64,000 bases of DNA from Macrostomum lignano (Eukaryota), in NCBI GenBank assembly GCA_002269645.1, contig NIVC01002472.1, forward strand, positions 1 through 64,000, in the 5' to 3' direction. The position numbers and the translations under genes are program-made. Shown here piece after piece: positions 1-7,856 of this stretch; within the stretch, counting starts at the first letter, position 1; every line of letters starts with the position of its first letter. The notes under the pieces were generated by a model that worked only from the letters and a program-made list of their open reading frames with translations, was not told where the DNA came from and did not search any database.

Positions 1-328
1 AATCTCAGTTTTAGAATACATCTTAGTGTCAATTTCGGTTTAGAATACATCTTAGTGTCAGTTTCGGTTTTGTGTAGACATTGTTTACGCGCCCATGAGC
101 ATCGTCAATTAATTGTAGCATGGTGATATTCATTGCGTCACTATCTTCCTTTGAATAAGAGTCTGAAACATTTCTCTTTGCTAACAATAAATTATCTATT
201 TCCTCTCTCTTATATCCTTCATTTTCATTGGTGTATCGATCATCAGCTAACGCTATTGTTATTCCAGGTGCTATATCATTTGAATTTGACGAGTAAACCA
301 AATTGATTGCAGTATTCTTGTAACTCAT
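1..328 (-). CDS. Fibre-like repeat protein (YxKxExD repeats), 3'-truncated by the window edge and frameshifted
   Basis: ORF 29..328 has YKREEIDNLL and YSKEDSD. The roughly 30-nt tandem units at 1-75 read YTK(T)ETDTKM-YSK(T)EIDTKM-YSKTEI once single missing A bases are restored. Confidence 0.55.
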
Positions 329-753
329 TTTAATTGCTGCAAAATTTCATTATAGCTATCTCCTTTATCGATTCGGTGTAAAAAGTACAGCGACATTTGA
401 CCACAAAATTTCTTATCAAAATTTGAATTTGTTCTTCCATGTCTCCACATATTCTATTCTTTGTGTGATTAAACTTTTCCATAATTTCCAGTGTGGGCGT
501 AGTGCATAGGAATCAAAAAAATAAACCTTATCAGGAGCTGAAAATATAGCTGAATGATGTATACCCCGTTCTTTCGAAGTGTGAATATTTGTCATAAAGT
601 AACCATACTGTGGTAAATCAACAATTTCATCTCTCATGCGTAGCGAAATGGTTTTAACTTGAGATATTTTGCCCAATTTATCAGATCAATATTAGTCGTA
701 GTGTCAGTCCCAAACTTTTGTTTAAATGCATTCCATGTCTCAGCTTCGCTCAT
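325..753 (-). pseudogene. Adenain-like (Polinton PRO) cysteine protease, broken by at least 3 frameshifts
   Basis: Joining frames gives MSEAETWNAFKQKFGTDTTTNIDLINWAKYLKLKPFRY / MRDEIVDLPQYGYFMTN..GIHH..YFFDSY / QIQxFDKKFCGQMSLYFL..LK*. Catalytic H, D, Q and C are all present. ATG at 753, TGA at 325-327. Confidence 0.8.
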
Positions 754-762
754 TTTTAACAC

Positions 763-1553
763 TCATATTTGTCGTACGTGTAGATTTATAAATATTTCCT
801 CGCCATCAAAGTCGTATAGAACACCAGACTCATCTTCGATGACAAAGTCGAATGTGCTCAACATGTTTGTAGTTAGTGGTAGGTACACAGGATTTGCAGG
901 CTCTTGAATAATTTTACTTCCCATTGGGACAGAGAACGATGGAATTGAAAGAAGTATTTGCTTATCAATTAAATGATTTCCATTGGCTGGATCAGTGATA
1001 AAACCCCCTTTGATATTGAGACAACGAACCATGATCGCACTTCTAGCTCCGTCTATCCGAGCTGGATTTGGAGCTCTCTCAAATGGTTTCAAGTACACTT
1101 CCGAATTGAATCCTAACAGTCTTCTAAAGTTATTGGAATGTGCATCCCTGAAATCAACTTGATACTCTGTGGCTAACCGTAACTCAACTCTACGCGTGTC
1201 TAGGCTTGCACTGAAAACAATAGCCCCCTCTTTCCAATCATTTGCAGCTGTTAGCAATCTTTGAATCTCGCTTGACAGACTTTTAACTTCCCAGATCCCG
1301 CTTGAATCTTTATTTTTTTTCCATGTTCTACCACTATCCCTCGAGTATCGCAACTCATTATTGCCTCCTTCAATATTGTTAATAGCATCAAAGACTGCAA
1401 ACTTTTTTATACCAGCTTCGTATTCTCGATCTTCATACAAATTTATCGGAGTGCCTAGAGTTTGTCGAAATGGTTTTTAATTGAAAAGAAGTCAAATGTG
1501 CGTTGAAACTTTTTACTCAAGAGGATGTTGACTTTTTCTATTTCTTTTTCCAT
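763..1553 (-). CDS. Minor capsid protein (penton, single jelly roll)
   Basis: ORF 763..1440 carries Polinton penton motifs (INNI..NNELRY, GIWEV, LLGF, PMGSKII.EP.NPVYLP, DFDGEEIFINLH). Probable true start is ATG 1553 (TAAAAATG) with a frameshift near 1470-1480. Confidence 0.82.
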
Positions 1554-1555
1554 TT

Positions 1556-2287
1556 TTAAGCAAGTAATTCTGCTAGCTCTTTATCAACATTGTTATGTCC
1601 CTCTGCTTTTGCGGCTAGTAATGTCAACACTCTTTCACTGAGTCCAGATCCCGGTTTTACTCGATATCCTGGTGGATTATCTTTCAATATCCTTACTGCT
1701 TGCTTATAATTCCCACTTGATTTGGCTGCTGGATTTTTACAGTGTTCAATGAGGTTAACATAATCCTGCAATGTTTGCATCTTGAATTGCTTCAGCTCTT
1801 CACCATTTTCAGTTACTTTAGGCATTTTGAACAACTCTTCAAGATCTTCAGAAAATGGCATTCGAAATTCGTTGACAATGATGTCTCGACCTTGTTCATG
1901 GAATTCAACATCTATTACAGATGATCCAAATATATATCCAGCATCTGTTTTTTGAATTCGTATACTAGGTGCTGGTCTTTGAGTTATTGGAATCTTTCCA
2001 ATTTCTTCAATTATTTTGTCAAATACTTCCAGAGGTTCAAATCGTCCTTTTGGTGTACTTGATTGCGGAACTGGAACTTTTTGATTCTGAAGTTTATCAA
2101 CAAGGTTGGCATTGACACCAATAAATTCATCAAGCTTTTCTGTGACAGGTTTTTGAGCTAATGGAGCCACTCTTGTATATAAACTCTCTTCTCCAATTTT
2201 CAAATAGCGTTGAGCATCATTTCTGGATTTGTACATTTCTCGCTGCTTTGCTAAATTAATGAGTTCTCTTATATATTCATTAGTCAT
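1556..2287 (-). CDS. Conserved Polinton/adintovirus hypothetical protein (243 aa)
   Basis: Intact ORF between ATPase and penton. It has an N-terminal KPVTEKL motif and C-terminal GSGL..VLTLLAAKAEGHNN..ELAELL, resembling conserved uncharacterised Polinton ORFs (from recall). Confidence 0.6.
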   Translation of the reverse strand: MTNEYIRELINLAKQREMYKSRNDAQRYLKIGEESLYTRVAPLAQKPVTEKLDEFIGVNANLVDKLQNQKVPVPQSSTPKGRFEPLEVFDKIIEEIGKIPITQRPAPSIRIQKTDAGYIFGSSVIDVEFHEQGRDIIVNEFRMPFSEDLEELFKMPKVTENGEELKQFKMQTLQDYVNLIEHCKNPAAKSSGNYKQAVRILKDNPPGYRVKPGSGLSERVLTLLAAKAEGHNNVDKELAELLA

Positions 2288-2289
2288 TT

Positions 2290-3064
2290 TTACAATGGGA
2301 TTTTAGTTAGAACATCCTTATACAAATCTTGCTCATCCTCATCAGCTCTTGTATTTATATAGATATAGCCATACTTCTTTTTCCAAGCCTCTCTACATTT
2401 AGCCTTGAATATAGCGGGTTCATAATTCGTTTCTATATTTCTAGCAATGTGATTTCAAGTTTGCATCTTTTTGTTTAAAGATTATGTAACATGTCGTATT
2501 CTCCCTGACAGTATTGCGATCTAGTTTGGTAAAATTTTGAGCTAGATAAAAACCACAACAGTTTCCATGCCTGCCTCTCTGAAACAGACTTTCCTGAAAT
2601 GTTTGATTAGCCTCTCCCAAAACATCGTCCAATATCACACATGTCTTTAGTCCATTATGAAAAATTTCTTCATTTGGAGTATGGGAAAGAGTGACAGGAA
2701 TTTTCTCTATTACTTCTGAATTTTCTGATGTGCTTTGCACTCGACCAGGGTTGGCTGCCTCTCGACAAATATGTCTAATATCTTCAGGAGATGCATCCTC
2801 ACTCACCTGGTAGACATGATAGAGTGAGTTGATAAGAGAAGGTGGGAGACCATTTTCAAAGCCATATTTTAGAAACTGATACTCTGGATCCATTTGAGAT
2901 GCTCTGGGAACATATAAAACTAACTCATTAAAGTCAACTAGTTTTTCAGGACTTGTAAGAATATGGAATAGTAAATATGTTTTACCCGTATTTGTAGCGC
3001 CGATAATACAACATAAAAGAGGATTAGGGAAAATAGGATCATGCTGAAATTTTACTTTGGGCAT
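2290..3064 (-). CDS. A32/FtsK-like genome-packaging ATPase (one frameshift)
   Basis: Walker A GATNTGKT, Walker B CVILDD and LFQRGRH..FYLAQ..VRENT motifs. Removing one base in the AAA run at 2453-2455 extends the frame through HIARNIE..CREAWKKKYGYIYIN to TAA at 2290-2292. Confidence 0.92.
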
Positions 3065-3085
3065 TTAAAAAAAGAAAAAATGACC

Positions 3086-4450
3086 TTATTCGACGCGGGT
3101 CATTTGATATTCACTGGTAACTTTTATTACATTCTTTGTTTGTTCAAGAATTAGTGCAAAAGCAGTCAGCTCAACATTTGTTGACTTCTTGATAAATAAT
3201 TGAATATTCACTCCACTCTTGACCAGAAACTCATCTTGAGCTGTTAGATCAAAGCAAAAGATTGGATAGATGGTTAGAAAGTCTTGTTTATTGAATGGAG
3301 GAGTTACACCGAAACGGCTGCAGATGTCTTCGTACATTTCATACGCTCTGTGAATGTCTTGAGCTACTGGATCAATTTCAACATAATCATTCGGATACAT
3401 CACCTGATTTAATCTGACTTGAAGCTGGGTTATTTTCACTGCATTTGCTCCAGTTTTGTAAGACACATACTTGTGATCATTAACTATATATGATGGGTTG
3501 TTTACGTCATATTTGAAAGCTACAAAGATTGCAAGTGGCATATTGGAGATGTTGGCTATGTTCCATGTATATGGACTTCCTTGAATGAGTTGTGGCGGAA
3601 CCGTTACCCTCTCTGGAAATGATACTGTAATGTCCTTGTTGAGTGATTTTAGAAAAGCTGCTTCAGCACTGGGTGACAAAGTAATAGCAGGGATCCAAAT
3701 CTCAAAGCTATTAATAGTTAACTTAGCTTCCGTCCCGGCAGCTCCAAAGAAAATTTCAGCATCGTTAGTCTTTCTTGTCCATGTGAATTTATATTTAATT
3801 CCTTTGCTAATCTTCTGCCAATCAAGGAACCCAATGAGAGGTGTTAATGATAGTTTGATTGTTCCACCTCTGTTTGGAGCATTAGTGACATTGTTATAAT
3901 TTTCAAGCCTCCTAATGTATCCAGTATTCGAATCCTTCTTATTGAGTCTATTTTTCATAGCGATTGCTGCAGTTCTCACAGCTTCAGCATCTGCGTTGTT
4001 TGCTAGAGGTATATCAGAAACAGTCCCAGCATCTCCAGTGTCTGGAATCCATCCGTATGCTTCTCCAACTTCATTCATTAATTTTGAGTACATTACGGAC
4101 TTTAAGATTGTGTCATACTCTCCAGGATCATTATAGACTTTCTTTGTTCCTCCAATGTCAACTATGAGTTGAGAGAAAAGTCTCATAGGCCAATTATGTT
4201 CTAGAGTAATGTTCGTATTCAAGTCGGTGTTATCTCGTTGTGTTATTGAGTATTTTATACAACCGAATGCCTCTGACATGAGAATGTATGACTCTGTTGA
4301 ATTGACTTCATGAACTATTTGACCTCCTGCAACATTGAGATTATTAGTGCTACCTGGAGTTGGAGAAATCTTAATATAGTCTTCTTTCTTTTTGAAAAAG
4401 CTAAAAGTTTTGTCCTCATATATGCTCAGTATATCCTTTTTGTTCTCCAT
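3086..4450 (-). CDS. Major capsid protein (double jelly roll, hexon-like)
   Basis: Intact 454-aa ORF with Polinton MCP-type motifs: N..RLFSQLIVDIGG, IPA, AIFVAF, LQVRLNQVMYP, AYEMY, YPIFCFDLT. Confidence 0.88.
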   Translation of the reverse strand: MENKKDILSIYEDKTFSFFKKKEDYIKISPTPGSTNNLNVAGGQIVHEVNSTESYILMSEAFGCIKYSITQRDNTDLNTNITLEHNWPMRLFSQLIVDIGGTKKVYNDPGEYDTILKSVMYSKLMNEVGEAYGWIPDTGDAGTVSDIPLANNADAEAVRTAAIAMKNRLNKKDSNTGYIRRLENYNNVTNAPNRGGTIKLSLTPLIGFLDWQKISKGIKYKFTWTRKTNDAEIFFGAAGTEAKLTINSFEIWIPAITLSPSAEAAFLKSLNKDITVSFPERVTVPPQLIQGSPYTWNIANISNMPLAIFVAFKYDVNNPSYIVNDHKYVSYKTGANAVKITQLQVRLNQVMYPNDYVEIDPVAQDIHRAYEMYEDICSRFGVTPPFNKQDFLTIYPIFCFDLTAQDEFLVKSGVNIQLFIKKSTNVELTAFALILEQTKNVIKVTSEYQMTRVE

Positions 4451-4470
4451 TTTTATAAGAGAAATTTCAA

Positions 4471-4923
4471 CTAAGCTTCATGAGGTCTAAGAATTATCCC
4501 ATTACCCTGTTTCTCCTTTTCAACTTTAAACGTCTTTAGCAGCCACTTGACTGCTTCGCTGGGTACTTGTTCGACTCTTTTAGCCGCATCAACTAATACT
4601 CCACTCCCTTGAGCCTTTTTCAACTCTTCTAGTTTTTGCCGTTCAATGCTTTCTATTGTCTTATTATGTTTAGCATTGTTGGCTGTATTAACACTTTTTG
4701 CAATCATTGTACCAACTCCTGAGGCTGCTCCGATACCACCCAAAATTGCTGGTAGTAAGTCTAATAGAGGAATTATTCCACCTTCATGTTCTTTCTGTTT
4801 CTCTTGCAATTCTCGAATCTTCTCTTTAGAAAGATATTGCTTTTGCTTATTTACAGTAACATATCTTGGTTTTCCCTCTCGAACATATCGATTGAGTCTT
4901 GCTTCAGTGTTTTTCTCGCTCAT
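4471..4923 (-). CDS. Small putative virion protein with GG-preceded hydrophobic/amphipathic segment (cupiennin/pX-like class of adintoviruses)
   Basis: HEGG|IIPLLDLLPAILGGIGAASGVGTMIAKSVN motif with a basic N-terminus, located directly upstream of the MCP gene. Confidence 0.62.
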   Translation of the reverse strand: MSEKNTEARLNRYVREGKPRYVTVNKQKQYLSKEKIRELQEKQKEHEGGIIPLLDLLPAILGGIGAASGVGTMIAKSVNTANNAKHNKTIESIERQKLEELKKAQGSGVLVDAAKRVEQVPSEAVKWLLKTFKVEKEKQGNGIILRPHEA

Positions 4924-4931
4924 TTTTAAGG

Positions 4932-5354
4932 TCAGAATTTCTTCAAACCATTGCCTTGTCTCAAAGACACTTGAGACTGTTCTGCTGTTCCTAGAGCCTT
5001 TTTAACAATATCTTGAATAGCCTTATTTGATTGAGAAGCTATCTGTTGCTCTTCTTCCATTCTTTTCTTTGCTTCTTTATCTCTACGTTTCTTTTTAATA
5101 TATTCCAGTTCCTCACCTGCTTTAGACATGTCACTGTATGATTTCTTCGCATCGAATATGTTCTTCGCTGTGGTAGCTGTTTTACCTATTGCATCAGCTC
5201 CACTCACAATTTTACTTCCATGATTTGATAAAAAGTTTGTGACACCACTGATCATATCACCAATTCCTTCACCCTCTTTATCAGCTAGTAGTTGTGAATC
5301 AGACGTTTCAATCTGACCTTTCGCCCGTTTGCAGTTTGTTCGATAGGCGCTCAT
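4932..5354 (-). CDS. Small putative virion/core protein (140 aa) with GEG-preceded amphipathic helix
   Basis: Start reassigned to ATG 5354 in TAAAAATG context (MSAYRTNC...). It has GEGIGDMISGVTNFL followed by a charged coiled-coil-like stretch. Confidence 0.55.
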   Translation of the reverse strand: MSAYRTNCKRAKGQIETSDSQLLADKEGEGIGDMISGVTNFLSNHGSKIVSGADAIGKTATTAKNIFDAKKSYSDMSKAGEELEYIKKKRRDKEAKKRMEEEQQIASQSNKAIQDIVKKALGTAEQSQVSLRQGNGLKKF

Positions 5355-6666
5355 TTTTAGTTGAAAAATTTGCTGGTAGAAGCTGGGATTTGTAAAATGA
5401 TCCAATGATTTCTTCTCCATTCTCATCCTCAATAATGTAGGTTATGGGATTGGAGTAAACTATTTTCTTTATCCTAAACACTTCTGAAATTTTCCAATAT
5501 CCTCTTCGACCCTTTTCAAAGTGCTCCTTATATCTATAGATATGAACTTTGTCACCTACTTTGAAGTTTGGTTTCTCATTTGAATACTCGAAAGTTGGCT
5601 TTGGTACTCGCTCAGGATGTTTAGATGCTTCTGAAGGAGTTATCAGAATCTCAGAATGGATTGTGTTGTTGTATTTTTCAACAATAGCTGGCAATGTGTG
5701 GAGCCACTTCTGATTACCCTGTAGATCAAATTCAAACCAGAGTTTATTTGTGAGAGTACGATTGAACCTCTCAATCATTGCATTCTTGGACTCGCCATAA
5801 ATTGAAAACATCTTGTTAATATATTCACCCCTTTCATCCTTCTTTCTAATGTTGTCTTTTGAAAACGAGTATAGCTTGTACATATGCTGATTATAAAACT
5901 CCTTGCCTTCATCTACACAAAGTCTCTCTGATCGTCTTCCTGATTCCTTAAATACTTTTTGGAAAGCTTCTGCAACTTCCGCTCCCGTCTTTGTTTTCAA
6001 AGGAACTGCCCAGGCGTAACGTGTAAAACCATCTATGATAGTGAGAGCATATTTGTAACCTCTTTCGGGCGGTAGGATAATGATATCTGCATGCCAAATT
6101 GTGTCTTTTGCATAGTGAATCATTTTTCTAAATACTCTTGGCTTTCTGTATTCCCTATGTAATTTTACTGCATCTTCATAGCTAAGACCCTTACCATAAA
6201 TTGTTAGACAGTCTATACAATTGTTGGGGTTGTGAGTATGAATTCCTAATCCAAACCGAACTTTAGCATTGATAATACGCTTTACTAGATTTCTAATGAG
6301 TCTCTCCTTTACCGACAAGTCGCTGGTTGGAATAGCATCTAAATCAGCTATCATTTTTTCATCAGCAATATGCTTCTTTGCTAGGGCTTCCTCTGGAGTT
6401 GAAGACGTCTTTTCAGCATCTCTATAGCTTTTGTCATGATAGTAAGCAGTCCAATCAATTGGATTAATTGGTAGACTATCATACCGAGGCCAGTCTGTAA
6501 TTGGATTGAGTCTCTTGTCTAAATTTGTACCTGGGCCAGTGAAAGAATACCCTGGAATATGAAATTCGCCAGGATATTTTCCAGTGGCGAAGATGGGTGG
6601 TAGTTTTGTTATAGCTGACTGAATATCCAATGCAGAACCTAGAAATAATGGTTTACTGAAGGCCAT
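5308..6666 (-). CDS. Parvovirus-type phospholipase A2 (PLA2X) fused to a Polinton DDE integrase
   Basis: N-terminal PGYSFTGPGT (Ca loop) and AYYHDKSY (HDxxY active site). C-terminal WHAD / CVDEGKEF / MIERFNRTL DDE core, followed by FKVGDKV..FEKG..SEVFRI..GSFY. No chromodomain at the end. Confidence 0.92.
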   Translation of the reverse strand: MAFSKPLFLGSALDIQSAITKLPPIFATGKYPGEFHIPGYSFTGPGTNLDKRLNPITDWPRYDSLPINPIDWTAYYHDKSYRDAEKTSSTPEEALAKKHIADEKMIADLDAIPTSDLSVKERLIRNLVKRIINAKVRFGLGIHTHNPNNCIDCLTIYGKGLSYEDAVKLHREYRKPRVFRKMIHYAKDTIWHADIIILPPERGYKYALTIIDGFTRYAWAVPLKTKTGAEVAEAFQKVFKESGRRSERLCVDEGKEFYNQHMYKLYSFSKDNIRKKDERGEYINKMFSIYGESKNAMIERFNRTLTNKLWFEFDLQGNQKWLHTLPAIVEKYNNTIHSEILITPSEASKHPERVPKPTFEYSNEKPNFKVGDKVHIYRYKEHFEKGRRGYWKISEVFRIKKIVYSNPITYIIEDENGEEIIGSFYKSQLLPANFSTKNERLSNKLQTGERSD

Positions 6667-6699
6667 TTTTATAAAAATAAATTTAAGTAATCTACAGAC

Positions 6700-6870
6700 T
6701 TAGGCTGCGTTAACTGCTGTAGCAATAGAGCCTGCTGCACCTGCCTGTTCTATGAAAGGTAGATTTGTCTTTTACTAAGTTGGATATGGTGCTTATAGTA
6801 TCAAAAAAGACCTTCTCCATTATACTCTAGTGGTTCGCCTATTGTATAGTCTCTTATCTTGCATGATTCT
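6700..6870 (-). pseudogene. Degenerate paralog of the small GxG-motif virion proteins
   Basis: Frame-broken translation GEG(L)FDTISTISNLVKD / NLPFIEQAGAAGSIATAVNAA* resembles GEGIGDMISGVTNFL and GAASGVGTMIAKSVN of the neighbouring ORFs. Confidence 0.45.
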
Positions 6871-6884
6871 GTAACGTGATGCGC

Positions 6885-7375
6885 TTCGTGTCTTTTTAGA
6901 AAGGGGTGAACACAATAGACTAGCATGAGACGCTCCTATTGGTTGCCAATAGCAATGTTCAGTGCTGCGGTTATGTATAGTTAGTTTGGTGAGTTCCTGC
7001 GAGAGCCTATTTGACCATACGCTTCACTCAGTGTGGGTTTCGCACGACGTTAAAGCTGAGTCACAATATAAAAATTGCTTTGAGGAGAATTTCTCCTGCT
7101 ATTTGTTCCATTTTTAAGATACATAATTTAGAAAAGGGTTAGTGAAATCGTCCGTAGGTAGGGTCGCGAGAGCATTGTTCGTTTGTAACTTGCGTGGCCC
7201 ACTTCATGTCTTTTTTTACAGCTAGATAGAGGGTGAACACAAAAGATTTGCACGAGCCACTCCTATTGGATGCCAAAACCAAACACTTTTTGGCAGAAAT
7301 TTTGGCAAAAATTTTGGTTTTGGCAGAAATTTTGGCAGCCAATAGAAATGTTGAGTGCTGCGGTTAGTGCTCTAG
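6885..7375. repeat. Two diverged direct-repeat blocks with inverted repeats at the viral flank
   Basis: Blocks at about 6885-6975 and 7200-7370 share GTCTTTTT..GGGTGAACACAA..CTCCTATTGG..GCCAATAG.AATGTT.AGTGCTGCGGTTA. The second block has a 13-bp inverted repeat TGCCAAAACCAAA / TTTGGTTTTGGCA. Confidence 0.7.
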
Positions 7376-7856
7376 TAGTCGAGTATGCATGTCACGAAAA
7401 ATTTAAATTAGCGCTCCATGTTCTTGAATGTCTTCTATTATCTTTAAGTACAAATCTAGAACAGCATTAAAGCCATTTCAAAGCCTCGGGACAAAGCGAA
7501 TGTGCAGGAGCAAATTATTGACTTTTGTAAAAGCATTGTATGCCTCGAGTGGACAATTTTTATGCATAGATGGTAGCTGACTGATCGTTAAAAGCAAAGC
7601 TAGTAAGATTGGCTTATTGAAGGGCGTTATGCAATGGGAGAAAAGACTATTATTAAATTTGATGCTAGTTTTGAAATGATGAAACCTGAAAATAGGTTAT
7701 TTTAACCCACGAATCAAAAATTTCTTGTGATTTTACTCACGAAATCGCGCAAAAAGCAATTTTTCGAAACTTTTGAAAAATCACTAAAATCACTGTTTTC
7801 AGACAATTTTCACCTGTTTTTAGTCGATTTTTATCTGTTTTTTGTGATTTTTCAAA

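Larger units (their letters stand above)
1..7380 (-). mobile_element. Endogenous Polinton/Maverick-like (adintovirus-like) virus, partial: the low-coordinate part continues beyond the window
   Basis: Tightly packed, intronless, co-oriented AT-rich ORFs with hallmark motifs of integrase, DJR major capsid, A32 ATPase, penton and adenain-like protease. No pPolB in the window. The high-coordinate boundary is approximate and no TIR or TSD could be confirmed. Confidence 0.93.

Noticed and set aside
3585-5005. Plus-strand ORFs antisense to the viral genes
   Set aside because: Shadow frames of the capsid and small virion genes with no motifs or start context.
5355-5432. N-terminal 26 codons of the 166-aa ORF call
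   Set aside because: They overlap the integrase coding region and start at a non-ATG codon. ATG 5354 sits in the element-wide TAAAAATG motif.
1-7400. Protein-primed DNA polymerase B and Polinton TIR/TSD
   Set aside because: No PolB motifs in any ORF and no unambiguous AG-type terminus or 6-bp TSD. The other end is outside the window, so absence cannot be claimed.
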